NCBI GenBank assembly: GCA_951406725.2
Contig: OX597830.1
Span: 51,832,001-51,896,000 of the forward strand
Direction: 5' to 3'
Source of the DNA: Octopus vulgaris
Lineage: Eukaryota
DNA: 64,000 bases
The notes beneath the pieces were generated by a model, which did no database searches, was not told the origin of the DNA, and saw only the letters and a program-made list of their open reading frames with translations. This document shows positions 14,163 through 26,639 of this stretch, one piece after another (within the stretch, counting starts at the first letter, position 1; each line of letters starts with the position of its first letter). The position numbers and the translations under genes were made by a program.

Positions 14163-14286
14163 CTAAACGTTAGGACAAATACGATAACAATACAGAAGTA
14201 CGTACGAATATATATATGTATATATATATATATATGTATGAATGTATGTATAGATGTAAGTATGTACATATATATATATATATATA

Positions 14287-14490
14287 CTTTATTTAAAAGC
14301 AGCAGAAATTCAACAAAACCTGTTTCTCTGAGTTTCACGTTCTCGTTCGCCGGACAGTTTTTGTTAACAAAACTCAGAGTAACAGGTTTTGCTGAATTTC
14401 TGCTGCTTTTAAATAAAGCATATTACTCTAATCCTGGTATTTGAGTACTCTTTTTTCCACCTTGTTTCACATTTATGTGTTTACTCCGGT
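14287..14490. mobile_element. (TA)n-flanked PLE-like remnant with 49-bp inversion and hammerhead relic
   Basis: Arms 14287-14335 and 14370-14418. Minus strand 14320-14357 reads CUGU-CCGGCGA-ACG-AGAA-CGU-GAAA-CUCAGAG-(U/A)A-ACAG. Confidence 0.55.
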
Positions 14491-14556
14491 ATATATATAT
14501 ATATATATATATATATCAATAATATTAATACGGTAGCTTTTTGTTTTTGTACGTAC

Positions 14557-14573
14557 CTGTGGTGTGTGTCACA
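14557..14573 (-). CDS. Candidate small gene, exon 2 (17-nt microexon, CDTHH[R])
   Basis: Long polypyrimidine tract, TGTAG acceptor and CAG|GTACGT donor; phase 0 to 2 fits both neighbouring exons. Confidence 0.45.
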
Positions 14574-14823
14574 CTACATTGAAGTGGCAAAGCGAGAGAG
14601 AGGAGGGCAGAGAGGAAGTAAAAGAGAAAGAGAGAGTGAAAAAGACAGTGAGTGGTGACGGCGTTCATCGCGAGAGAAGTAGATATATAGATACATATAC
14701 ACATTGTTAAATCAAAAGCGGGAGAGAAGACGGACACAAAGGAAGTGAATGAGAAAGAGAGAATGAGAGAATGAGAGAGACAGTAAATACTTAAATCAGT
14801 CGATAGTTACACACAGCAAAAAA

Positions 14824-15054
14824 GCGGCGAGCTGGCAGAAACGTTAGCACGCCGGGCGAAATGCGTAGCCGTATTTAGTCTGCCGTTACGTTCGGAGTTC
14901 AAATTCCGCCGGGTTCGACTTTGCCTTTCATCCTTTCGGCGATCGATAAATTAAGTACCAGTCACGCACTGGGGTCGCTGTAATCGACTTAATCCCTTCG
15001 TCTGTCCTTGTTTGTCCCATCTATGTTTAGCCCCTTGTGGGCAATAAAGAAATA
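14824..15054 (+). mobile_element. SINE family B
   Basis: Full-length match to other family B copies. Confidence 0.9.
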
Positions 15055-15299
15055 ACTTATACACAGCTGATATTGGATGTCAATTTCACTTTTGAAGCCA
15101 AGAGATGTGAAAACGTCGTTGTGGACTATCTGACACTTACTGTCTCTCTGTCTGCTTATCTCTATCTGAGTATGTGTTTCTGTCCGTGTGTGCATATATG
15201 CGTATGCTTGTATGTATATGATTTTGCGCTGGATCTCTCTTGGCATACCAGCAAATCCACTACCTCCAAGCCCATCATATATGTATGTATATATGTATT

Positions 15300-15525
15300 A
15301 TGTATGTAGGTATGCGTGTCTGTGTTTGTCCCACCGCCACTACCATTACTTCACACCGATGTTGGTGCTTTTGTGTCTCTGTAATGTAGCTGTTCAGCAG
15401 AAGAGACTAATAGAGTAAGCACCAGACTCACAGGGAATAAGTCCAGGGGTCAATTTCTTCGACTAAAGGGTGGTGCTCTAGCATGGCCACCGTCAAATGA
15501 CTGAAACAAGTAAAGGAATAAAAGA
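15300..15525 (+). mobile_element. SINE family A, older 3' half
   Basis: ...GACTAAAGGGTGGTGCTCTAGCATGGCC...GAAACAAGTAAA tail. Confidence 0.75.
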
Positions 15526-16121
15526 ATACCAGAAAAACGTTCCGTACCACTAAACCAAGAAGGTTCTTTGGAATATGTATGATGTATTCTAAGGTTAAAT
15601 AGTAATTCCATTTATGTTTGTGTAACTGAGATATTTTGGTTGGATTATATATGGAATTCTTGAGACTCTTTTCTCAGAGCCACTACCAAGGGTTCAACCA
15701 TCGGTTCAAATCTTGCACCGGTACCTTGCAAGTGAGATGCTGTACAAACAGTTGTGATGCATTGTAGGCGCTGACGCGTCTCTTCAGGTACCTTTTCAAA
15801 AAGTACGTTTTTAATTGCCATTTCGTTTATTTCTATAAAAAATTAATTTTGGTTATCGTTGCGTATTAAGTGTCTCCGTAAGGAACGAAGATATGATCTG
15901 AGATATTTTATCTTTTGCCGAACCACTAAGTTACGGGGACGTAAGCACATCGATACTGCTTCTGAAGCAGTTGTGGGTAACAAACACAGACGCAAAAACA
16001 AATACACCCCTCCCTCAAAAATACACAGACTAATAAAATGAGTCAAATATTCTTTAATTGATAACCGAGTACACAAAATATCCCGGGTGCATTAACTACC
16101 GCAGTCCTAGATTTATCATAC

Positions 16122-16214
16122 CCATGAAAAAAATGGGAGTGTCAATGTTGTAATGGCTTCCGATGAAGGCTGGCCTTGTAATTCGGCCATGAACTGACCT
16201 TGGGGTGACCTCAT
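16122..16214 (-). CDS. Candidate small gene, exon 1 (MRSPQGQFMAELQGQPSSEAITTLTLPFFSW)
   Basis: CACCATGA start context, 31 open codons and TGG|GTATGA donor in phase 0; an upstream in-frame stop is present. Confidence 0.4.
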
Positions 16215-17721
16215 GGTGACCTCGACTGACCTCAGGTTCGCCAATAACTTTATATTGTTGTTTTTCTTTAATTTTTTTTTTTCAGTTTTTCAAGTCCATA
16301 ACAATAGCAGTGACCAAGAATTGAAACCATTTTACAGAATGAATTCCACTTCGACTGTGGGCAAATAACAATTTTCATCTTCAATTTAAATGATATCACT
16401 ATATATTACATTTCAAATATTACTGGCGCGCGCGCGTGGGTGTTTTATTCAAACATGCGACTTCGTTGTCATGCTCAAATTTACATTCTGGCTGGAATCA
16501 TAAATATATATTTGTTGATGTAGTTAAACGGAAATTATAATTTTCGTAATTGTTTATCTGATGTAATTTAAAAATTCTCTACAGGAGAAAATATAATTCA
16601 AATTTATTTCATTCTAGTTTGATATGATTCTAGGAGGGAAATATTGGCATTGTTATTAATTGAAGGTTTTTCTAGACATTACCAACGCTACTTAATATTG
16701 TTTAAGAGTATGCCATATATTTTTGACAATTTCCTTGACAAACATTCATTATAAATAGCCAATTGATTGCTCTTATTACTGGATATGTGTAATTATTTGT
16801 GAGGCGTTGGAACGTCTGACGAAATGCCGAGCATATTTCTTTCCGCGGTTTATGTTCTGTGTTCAAATCCAACAAAGATAAATTTTACCTTTCATCCGAT
16901 CAAGATCGAGAAATTTAAGCACTTGTCAAAAACTGGGGGCAATTTCATGAATTAATCTCTCCTCTCTTCTCAGATTCATAACCTTGTGACTATGATAGGA
17001 AAGGTTATTATTTGTTTAGTGAACATCATCCATGTTTTGCCCTCTACATATTTTCTTTTAAAATTTATTGCATTTCATTTAAGGGAAACATTTCCGTTTC
17101 GAACGATGAATTCTAGAATTTTTTAAAGACTAGTTCCATTATTCCAAGTTACACATGTATAAAGATATGTTTCATAACTTTTTGACATACATGTAGCAAG
17201 GTGTCTTTTAAAAACGACAAACAGGAACGATTGAAAAGAAAACATGATTTACAAACAATAAACAGCCAGAAATGCACTATTACGTCCATTAATCATTCTA
17301 CGAGGCTATTAATGCTGAAACAAAGAATATCAACCACAGCATAAGGAGTTGCAACCACTGTGACTTGCGACAATGGGAACGAAGCGGAAGACGTAAAAGA
17401 AAAGAGGAAGACACCTCAGCAGAAGGGGAATATTGAAGTCGACCATAAATCATCAAAAAATACAAAAAGAGAAACGGTGAAAACAAGATACATGAACACA
17501 TGAAAAAGAAAGAAGATCCATTATCTTTGCAAACCGGAACCAACATCTTACAGACTGAATAAACGAGCTGAGGAGTAAAAGAAATACACAAATAACGAAT
17601 TTTTGTGAAAATGTTATAAGTTTACTACTAGTTGAAACAGAATTTATCGGAGGAGATGAGATGGTTATATGGTTTCGACCATTGCAAGGGATTGATTATG
17701 CTCACTTTCATTATGCTCAAT

Positions 17722-17951
17722 GGCGGCGAGCTGGCAGAAACGTTAGCACGCCGGGCGAAATGCTAAGCGGTATTTTGTCTGCCGTTACGTTCTGAGTTCA
17801 AATTCCGCCGAGGTCGACTTTGCCTTTCATCCTTTCGGGGTCGATAAATTAAGTACCAGTTACGCACTGGGGTCGATATAATCGACTTATTCCGTCTGTC
17901 TCTCCTTGTTTGTCTCCTCTATGTTTAGCCCCTTGTGAGTAGTAAGAAAAT
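17722..17951 (+). mobile_element. SINE family B with 15-bp TSD
   Basis: TSD GATTATGCTCACTTT at 17694-17708 and 17953-17967. Confidence 0.92.
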
Positions 17952-18862
17952 AGATTATGCTCACTTTTGGTTATTACAGGTTTCCCATACAGGAAGGGCA
18001 AATGGGAAGAGACGAGGGTTGCTCTGACTCATCGCAGCTGGTGTGAGGAGACGTTAATCAAAATGTTTTTTTTTTTAATATGCTTCTGAAATATCTTGTC
18101 CAAGTTATGTTTCCCTTTGGTTATACATTTCTTAAGTTTATATATCAAACAAACGACCCCGATAGCTCATTTTATTTTTATATAACTTTATCATGCTTCT
18201 CTGTACATTCGTACTTGCATGTCTTACGATTACAAGCTTATTCAGAATTTTGTTTCATTTCTATTACAAGTTCTCTGTGTTCTTCAGCAAATGTGTGGCC
18301 TTCAAATACTGTCCTTTACAACTATCCTGACTGTCTTTATCAGGTTCATTAGAGTTTCTCTACGTGATCTGGTCGGATGACAGTCTTTGAATTAAGTCTC
18401 GTTGGGTCGCTACGCTCTTCCTATAATTATTCATTTCCTTCCTGTCTTATATTTAGGTCATTTCCCGCTACCTGCTCCAGCGTGGTCATTTCACTATCTG
18501 TGAGTATATTATTTCTAAAGATATCCTTCCTAACATTTGCTGGTCCTTTACATTCTGAGTTCACATCCAAATGATATCGGCTTGGCTTTCGTTTTCCACC
18601 TCAATAAAATCATCCCATCAAAGCGCTTTTAGCAATTAAGGATGAAAATAAACGCTACTGGTATATTCGTAGTGAAACAGCTCATTAAGATTTACTTATC
18701 TCTTATTCGCAAACACCTAATGATAGTGTAGGAAAGCTTCTGATTAAAATTTCAATATAATTTATCACTGAAAAGGTTTCTTTCCACATGCTTTATTGAG
18801 TAACTTTATAATACCTCACACAAACTGCCAATAACGTCTCGTTAGCCTAATTTCAATGTGAA

Positions 18863-19018
18863 TGAGTGGCTGTGTGGTAATAGCATGCTTACCAACCACA
18901 TGGTTCCGGGTTCAGTCCCACTGCGTGGCACCTTGGGCAAGTGACTTCTACTATAGCCTTGGGCCGACCAAAGCCTTGTGAGTGGATTTGGTAGACGGAA
19001 ACTGAAAGAAGCCTGTCG

Positions 19019-19049
<31 letters not shown>

Positions 19050-19270
19050 GTGTATGTGTGTGTTTGTGTGTCTGTGTTTGTCCCCCCCCCCCAACATCGC
19101 TTGACAACCGATGCTGGTATGTTTATGTCCCCATAACTTAGCGGTTCGGCAAAACAGACCAATAGAATAAGTACTGGGCTTACAAAGGATAAGTCCTGGG
19201 GTCGATTTGCTAGACTAAAAGGCAGTGCTCCAGCATGGCCACAGTCAAATGACTGAAACAAGTAAAAGAG
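18863..19270 (+). mobile_element. SINE family A, full length
   Basis: Collinear with 10448-10868. Confidence 0.9.
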
Positions 19271-19279
19271 ATATACATA

Positions 19280-19495
19280 TTAATTTCAAATTTTGGCACA
19301 AGACCAGTAATTACTGGGGAGGAGAGGATTTCATTAGATTGACCAAGGTTTTCAACTGGTACTTATTTTATCGGCACCGAATGGAATGAAAGGCAAGTCA
19401 ACTTCGGTGGAATTTGAACTCAGAAGGCAATAAGGAATGAAATGCCGCGAAAAATTTTGCTCGGCGTGCCATCGATTCTGCCAGCTCACCGCCTT
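19280..19495 (-). mobile_element. Older SINE family B-related copy
   Basis: Degenerate family B head and core with a different tail. Confidence 0.7.
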
Positions 19496-19519
19496 TAAAT
19501 AGATATAGATATCAAAATC

Positions 19520-19550
<31 letters not shown>

Positions 19551-19594
19551 GTCTGTCTCTGTCTCTCTCTCTCTCTATATATATATATATTTAT

Positions 19595-19903
19595 ATCACC
19601 GTGATCACCGTGACCGACCAGGCTATCAGATGTTACATATCGCTGGTCACAATGTACTTCACATTGTTTTAGCCTTCAAACGACGCCACCCCGCTGGCTA
19701 AGCGAGCAGGCCAACAGTAGAAAGAGTGAGAGAAAGTCGTGGCGAAAGAGTACAGCAGGGATCCCCACCACCACCCTGCCGGAGCCTCGTGGAACTTTAG
19801 GTGTTTTCGCTCAATAAACACTCACAACGCCCGGTCTGGGAATCGAAACCGCGATCCTACGACCGCGATCCCGCTGCCCTAACCACTGGGCCATTGCGCG
19901 TCC
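19595..19903 (-). mobile_element. tRNA-derived SINE family C (left arm of palindrome)
   Basis: Minus strand has A-box TGGCCCAGTGG, B-box GGTTTCGATTCCC and a CACGGTGAT tail repeat. Confidence 0.85.
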
Positions 19904-19904
19904 A

Positions 19905-20024
<120 letters not shown>

Positions 20025-20025
20025 T

Positions 20026-20329
20026 GGACGCGCAATGGCCTAGTGGTTAGGGCAGCGGGCTCGCGGTCGTAGGATCGCGGTTTCGATTCCCAGACCGGGC
20101 GTTGTGAGTGTTTATTGAGCGAAAACACCTAAAGTTCCACGAGGCTCCGGCAGGGTGGTGGTGGCGATCCCTGCTGTACTCTTTCGCCACGACTTTCTCT
20201 CACTCTTTCTACTGTTGGCCTGCTCGCTTAGCCAGCGGGGTGGCGTCGTTTGGAGGCTAAAACAATGTGAAGTACATTGTGACCAGCGATATGTAACATC
20301 TGATAGCCTGGTCGGTCACGGTGATCACG

Positions 20330-20334
<5 letters not shown>
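20026..20334 (+). mobile_element. tRNA-derived SINE family C (right arm of palindrome)
   Basis: Reverse complement of 19595-19903 with about 4 substitutions. Confidence 0.85.
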
Positions 20335-20395
<61 letters not shown>

Positions 20396-20470
20396 TAGAT
20401 AAAGAAGATCTCTCTCAGATATCTGAGAGAGATCTTCTTTAAGTATTAGAAATAGCTGAAGAAATTTCTT

Positions 20471-20625
20471 TAGCTGCTATTTCTAATGAGTTCAGTATGT
20501 GGCAAAGTAATTTATTTTACTAAGCCCTTATATATAATGTAATATTTTGAATTCGCCTAAAATGGTCCCTTTACATACTGAATACTTGGTGAAATTGATT
20601 AATAATTAATTAATTTTACCCTCAA
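20471..20625 (+). ncRNA. Conserved 3'-terminal four-helix RNA motif, copy 4
   Basis: GCUGCUAUUUCU leader; P1 UCAGUAUGU/ACAUACUGA; P2 GGC-AAAGUAA/UUACUAA-GCC+CUUA; P4 GGUGAAAUUGAUUAAU/AUUAAUUAAUUUUACC; then (TA)n. Confidence 0.6.
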
Positions 20626-20631
20626 TTGTTG

Positions 20632-20759
<128 letters not shown>

Positions 20760-20961
20760 GAGATGCAGCACGGATTTTTGTCAGTGAACAGGTCTCGGAT
20801 TTTAGCGACGAAAATATTTTGACAAATTAAACTTAAATGTTGAAGTGAATCGAACGAGTTTTGTGTGTTTCTTAAATGGCTTATAAACACCTTCCACGCT
20901 GCAATTGTTTTCGTTTCAGCACACGATCTCAGATCAAATTACTTGCTATGCGAGTAGATCT

Positions 20962-21008
<47 letters not shown>

Positions 21009-21348
21009 CTATCTATCTATGTCATACACATACCACGCACACGCACACACATACATGCGTGTGGTGTGTCTGTGTCTGTGTGTGTATGCGTGCGTGTGTG
21101 GGCGTTTGTGTGGGCGTTTGTGTGCGTAAGTGAGTGAGCTTACGCACAGGTATAAGTTTACCGTCTACAGCAGAGAATGTTTAAATGCGGATGTGTGATT
21201 TACAGAAGTATGTATGTGCATACATATCTACAAACGAAAATATGTGCGTATGTGTATGAGTATGTATGTGTGTACGTATGCAACAAAATATCCGCGAGTG
21301 TATGTGTACGTTTTCCTTGTGGATTTGTTTAACTTTCTTTCCACATGA

Positions 21349-21392
<44 letters not shown>

Positions 21393-21415
21393 TACATACA
21401 AACATACATACGTCT

Positions 21416-21547
<132 letters not shown>

Positions 21548-22189
21548 TAAAAGAAATAAGGTACTCAGAAATCTGGATGGTTTTACATTTACAGATGTTT
21601 AAATCATATATAGCCCTTGCATCCACTCTAGATGTTAAAAGATCGAGGAGAGAAAACGGGAATCTCTACACCTCCTTCCATGTAAATCATAACATTTCTG
21701 CTATGATTCATGATGGAATCGACTTGAATGATGTCGTTGCACAATGAACAAGGCTTACCTTGCTTGCGGCCATTTTTCAAAGTACAGCTTGCAGATACTC
21801 CAATGTTCGTTTTCTTGGAATTAGAAACAGAGGTCAATTATTCTCTTATATTTTTATTCCGTCTAAAGGCTACAATAGGCAGCTGAGGAAATATTTGCTT
21901 GAAACGAGGATATTTTTTCCAGAACAAGCTGGTAACTTTCATATGACACTTTTGAAATGCCAGCGAAATTTCGGTGCCAGTTAATCACTAAAGGAATTCT
22001 GTCACATATTGTACTTCGCTCAGACTTGATCTGTTGCCAGAATTCTATTGAAACAAAGGGAAACAGTTTAAGGTGGTATTTAAGATATACCGTGGAATCA
22101 TTGTTGAAACAAGTCAGGTTGTCTGGCGGCACTAAAACTGATAATTGTGTAAAGAAAGAAAAATCTTAAAGAGGAACAGAACACAAAAA

Positions 22190-23400
22190 AGCGACATCAT
22201 GGAAGGGGAAAAATGTATGGTCAGTTTGCAAGAAATAGGAACACCAAGACAGATAAAGAAGGCCGGTGGTTGTGGATGAGGAGGAGGACCTGAAGAAAGT
22301 GAAAGAAGCATTTCTGTGCACAGCACAAGAACAAGCGTTCAGGACTAACTATGTGAAGTAAAGAATCGACAACACTGCCAAGAGCGACAAATTCAGAATG
22401 CGTAGCGGGAAGAGTGGAACGGTATGGCACATCTTTAGCGAATGTCAGAAATTTGCACAACGCGAATACTAAAGACGGCATGACAATGTGGAAAAAAATG
22501 ACCGATTGGGAGCTCTGTGGAAATCACGGCCTACAAAGAGCAAGTCAATGGTATGAGTAAACCCTAAGGCGGCGAGCTGGCAGAAACGTTAGCACGCCGG
22601 GCGAAATGCGTAGTGGTATTTCGCCTGCCACTACGTTCTGAGTTCAAATTCCGCCGAGGTCGACTTTGCCTTTCATCTTTTCGGGGTCGATTAAATTAGT
22701 ACCAGTTACGCATTTGGGTCGATATAATCGACTTAATCCGTTTGTCTGTCCTTGTTTGTCCTCTCTGCGTTTAGCCCCTTGTGGGTAGTAAAGAAATAGG
22801 TATGAGTAAACCACAGAAGGTGACACTGAGAATCGACAACACTGCCAAGAGCGACACATTCAGAATGCGTAGCGGGAAGAGTGGAACGGTATGGCACATC
22901 TTTAGCGAATGTCAGACATTGGCACAACGCGAATACTAAAGACGGCATGACAATGTGGGAAAAAAATGACCGATTGGGAGCTCTGTGGAAATCACGGCCT
23001 ACATTGCAAAATTGTTTGGGATGCAATGATTCAGTTTGATCACGTGACCAGACATCGGAAACCAGATATCGTTGGGGGTGAATAAAAATGAAAGAACATG
23101 CATGATAAATTACATAGCAAGACCAAAGAAAAAGAAGAAAAACTGAACAAATACGACAATTTGAAGTGGGAAATACGAAGGCTGGTGGTCAAGGAGGAGA
23201 GTAGACGTGATACCAATAGTAATTGGTGCAATTAGAAGTATCAGCACTCAATTACAAAAATGGCTGAAAAAGATTGGTACACATGTAATGATTGGACACC
23301 AATAAAAATAAGCATTGCTTAGTGCTGCTCCGCAGAGTTCTTGAAGTATGATAGTAAACAAGTGTCATTTTAGTCTGGTAGCTGTGGGCAACTGACATTT
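22190..23400 (+). mobile_element. 3' fragment of a restriction-like-endonuclease non-LTR retrotransposon (R4/Dong or NeSL/HERO-like), decayed
   Basis: Zinc-knuckle-like ...WHIFSECQKFAQREY..RHDNV and WD...HRKPDIV (PD-(D/E)xK) motifs; followed by (GTA)n at 23404-23470. Confidence 0.7.
22568..22798 (+). mobile_element. SINE family B with 14-bp TSD, nested in the RLE LINE fragment
   Basis: TSD GGTATGAGTAAACC at 22550-22563 and 22799-22812. Confidence 0.92.
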
Positions 23401-23415
23401 TTCAGTAGTAGTAGC

Positions 23416-23470
<55 letters not shown>

Positions 23471-24284
23471 ATATAGGGTCATCAATTTTAGAGGGAGGCT
23501 TTAGTCGAGTACATCGTCTCAGCGTTCAGCTGGTATTTATTTTATCTTCCCACAAATAATGAAAGATAAATTAGGTGTCGTTAGAATTCGAACATATAAC
23601 GCCAAGAACTGGAACATAGACTAGAAAGCATTGTGTTTGCTTGGTACAGTGAAAGGAGGAAGGCTGGAGAAGAATTAATTTGTCAGGAATGTGACAGAAA
23701 CGAATCGAAAATGTGACGTAAGTGAGCTGACAATGGTTAGAATTGGACAAAAAAAAAATGGCAAGATTGAAGACGCCAGAAAATTGTCTAATGTAAAGAG
23801 GAAAGTTAGAAATGCATTTTATCAAAATGAATTGATTTTTCTGTCGGTAAGCATTTACTTCAGTCTTGGAAATTTAGGAATGAAAATAACTCCTTTTGTT
23901 TTTTGTTTTTTACAGAAAAAAAAATTGCAGCAAAATATTCAAAATATTTATTCAAAAAGCAGAAAACGAAAGGCAACAAAACAAGTAACAACCACGCTCT
24001 TGTATTTTAGAATGTATTTTAGCAGTTGAGTTCATTGTAGAGCTTTAAGGAGGAAGAATTACATTGTGAAACTAAAGAAAACACGTCTATTAGTCTGCAA
24101 CTGGTTGCGTTTGACCTTTCCAAAGAAGAGAAAAAGAAGGATGTCGGAACTAATTGCCAAAGTTTCGAAAGTTACGCAATATTTGCATCATCAACGTAAG
24201 CATTATTCTACAGTCCAAACAAACCCAATGCGTTATGTAGGCATGGTTGTGTATACATATATACATAGATATATATATATGTAT

Positions 24285-24354
<70 letters not shown>

Positions 24355-24371
24355 ATATTAATTTATTTATC

Positions 24372-24600
24372 AAAATTATAAATTAGGGTATCTACGAGAT
24401 ACCACCATGCTGAAAATAGCAGCCATGATCTGACTCTAAACCCACCTTAATTGTCCACATCGCAACACGGAGCATGGTGGTATCTCGTAAATACCCTAAT
24501 ATATAATTTTAATAATTATTACCTTTGAAGGTTATTTTTATCATGCTAGCCAATTGATAAAATCGTTATTTTGTTTTAAATTAACGAACATATCCTTATT
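24372..24600 (+). mobile_element. (TA)n-flanked insertion: 40-bp 5' inversion plus four-helix motif copy 5
   Basis: Arms 24372-24411 and 24471-24510; P1 AGCAUGGU/AUCAUGCU, P2 GGUAU/AUACC+CUAA, P3 ACCUU/AAGGU, P4+CUUA. Confidence 0.6.
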
Positions 24601-24609
24601 TATATATAT

Positions 24610-24651
<42 letters not shown>

Positions 24652-25055
24652 TGGAAAGAGAGAAGGTAAGACAGAGACATATATAGGTGGATACGCATAC
24701 ACACGCACACATATATAGATATAACAATATAGGTATACACGCACAGGCACATGCATATAAAGTGTATAGAGGTAGGTATCGGGCACAAAACTGAGTTCTT
24801 CAGTTTTATCCTGAGATAGGAGTAGCTTCTCTATTGGTAAATATCCCAAATTTGTAATGAGAATATTATAAAATATTCTTTTTGCATTTCGTTAGAAACG
24901 TATAAAATAGTAAACCTGAAATACTTGTTATTCCCAGATATATTATAAATACATACACATATATACATATATATGTCGGGGGTGTATGTATATGTATATA
25001 TAGATGTATGTAAATATATATATACGTATGTACATGTATATATATATATATGTAC

Positions 25056-25112
<57 letters not shown>

Positions 25113-25155
25113 TATGTATATATATATATAAATACATATATATAAATATTATATT

Positions 25156-25214
<59 letters not shown>

Positions 25215-25309
25215 ATATACACTGTATATTTTATATAAAAGGACAAGAAAATAGAATAAACCATCACAAAAAATTTATGTTAAAAAAAATAAAATAATCG
25301 ATAATGGTT

Positions 25310-25990
25310 TGGAGATAACAGTTTAGTGTAAGTAAAGGAGCTGCTCTCACCTTCCACTATAGCCTCGTCAGGACTTAGGAAACTGGTACATGCATTCCTC
25401 CGTGTAGCTGGGGAAATTTTGGAACCCCCACTTGATATTAGCCACCATCTTAGCCTTAGTGTTGCAGGAAGTGTGGTTGATATCCCTCTCAGCTACGCCT
25501 CACACATATTAATTCTTGGAATTAGAATCGGGTAATTAGGAGACGAGAAATTGTGGAGGCTGAAGTCGCAGAAATTCACCGAAAACTACTTCTGGTTCTT
25601 TCCGGAGGTATGGTACTGGGACATTCTGCTGTCACAGATGTAGCCTTCCGGCAGCAAACCTACCCAGCCGGAGTTTTCAGCACTGTCCTCAGGATTATAT
25701 ACCCTCCTGAATTTTGCTTAAGTCACTGTTCATGAAATGTTGAACATATACACGCGTGCAGACGCAGTCAGAACGTTTGCTGGGTCACTTCTACCAGACC
25801 ATGGCGGCAGAGACTCCTTTGCATTTATCCATGTTACCTCTTACCGCCTTTACTGTGTTCACAGAGCACTGAACAGCGGCCATGATGTCGGCATTTTGAT
25901 ACCGGGCGGCGTGAATCGTCATGATACAGTTAACACTTTTCCAATATCTAGATGGCTTCCAGTTCTTCATGTCAGGTAATTTTTTTCTCA
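25310..25990 (-). mobile_element. Decayed Tc1/mariner (maT-like) transposase relic
   Basis: HTH-like NADIMAAVQCSVNTVKAVR and a degenerate C-terminal ERDINHTSCNT region. Confidence 0.55.
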
Positions 25991-26639
25991 GCTGCAAATT
26001 GAATCTTTATGCTCTCCAACAACATTGACCGTAATCTTCATCATGAAGGGTTATTAATTTCAAATTGGAAAATAATAACATATACATGTTTCTATGAATA
26101 TGCACAATCAACAGTATACACACTGATGCAAATAAAGATAACTCAACAGACCAGCGGAACATCTTGGCTACATTTACTAAATGCCCTCGAAGACATTTGT
26201 GATTCTTTTGTATTATGACGACGTAGGATAAGTACTGCTTATACTGAAAACCTAATAACAAAACCACTAATTTGCCCTGCAAGAAATAGCAGCTAAATAT
26301 CCATCAAATCAAAGTTCGATTGATTAATGGTAGAACATATTCGATACCTTAGGTAAGATAAAGCTAGTACAATATATTTAGAGGGAGACTTCGTTGATAA
26401 ATCTTCTGGGTCGGGGCTGACATGGAGTTAAACAACAAAAGTTACAACAGAGAGAATTATTCTAGAATTATTCTAAGTTTCTTTTAAAAGTTTCCTTTTT
26501 ATTCGCAGTTGCATTGACATGGATTATTTTGGTGCAATTATTTATTGTTTTGTTTCAATTACGCATCACATATCCTTAACCACGATCCCTAAAGTTCAAC
26601 TTTGATAATATAACAATTTTGTCGTGTTTAAGGAGTAAT

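Noticed and set aside
17280-17600. Purine-rich open stretch resembling a coding exon
   Set aside because: No splice signals or motifs; probably decayed repeat sequence.
20026-20100. tRNA gene-like heads (also in SINEs A, B and D)
   Set aside because: A/B boxes are followed by SINE bodies and tails, with no complete cloverleaf.
21700-21830. Strong minus-strand donor AG|GTAAGC, possible exon
   Set aside because: Weak acceptor, no recognisable peptide and no phase link to other exons.
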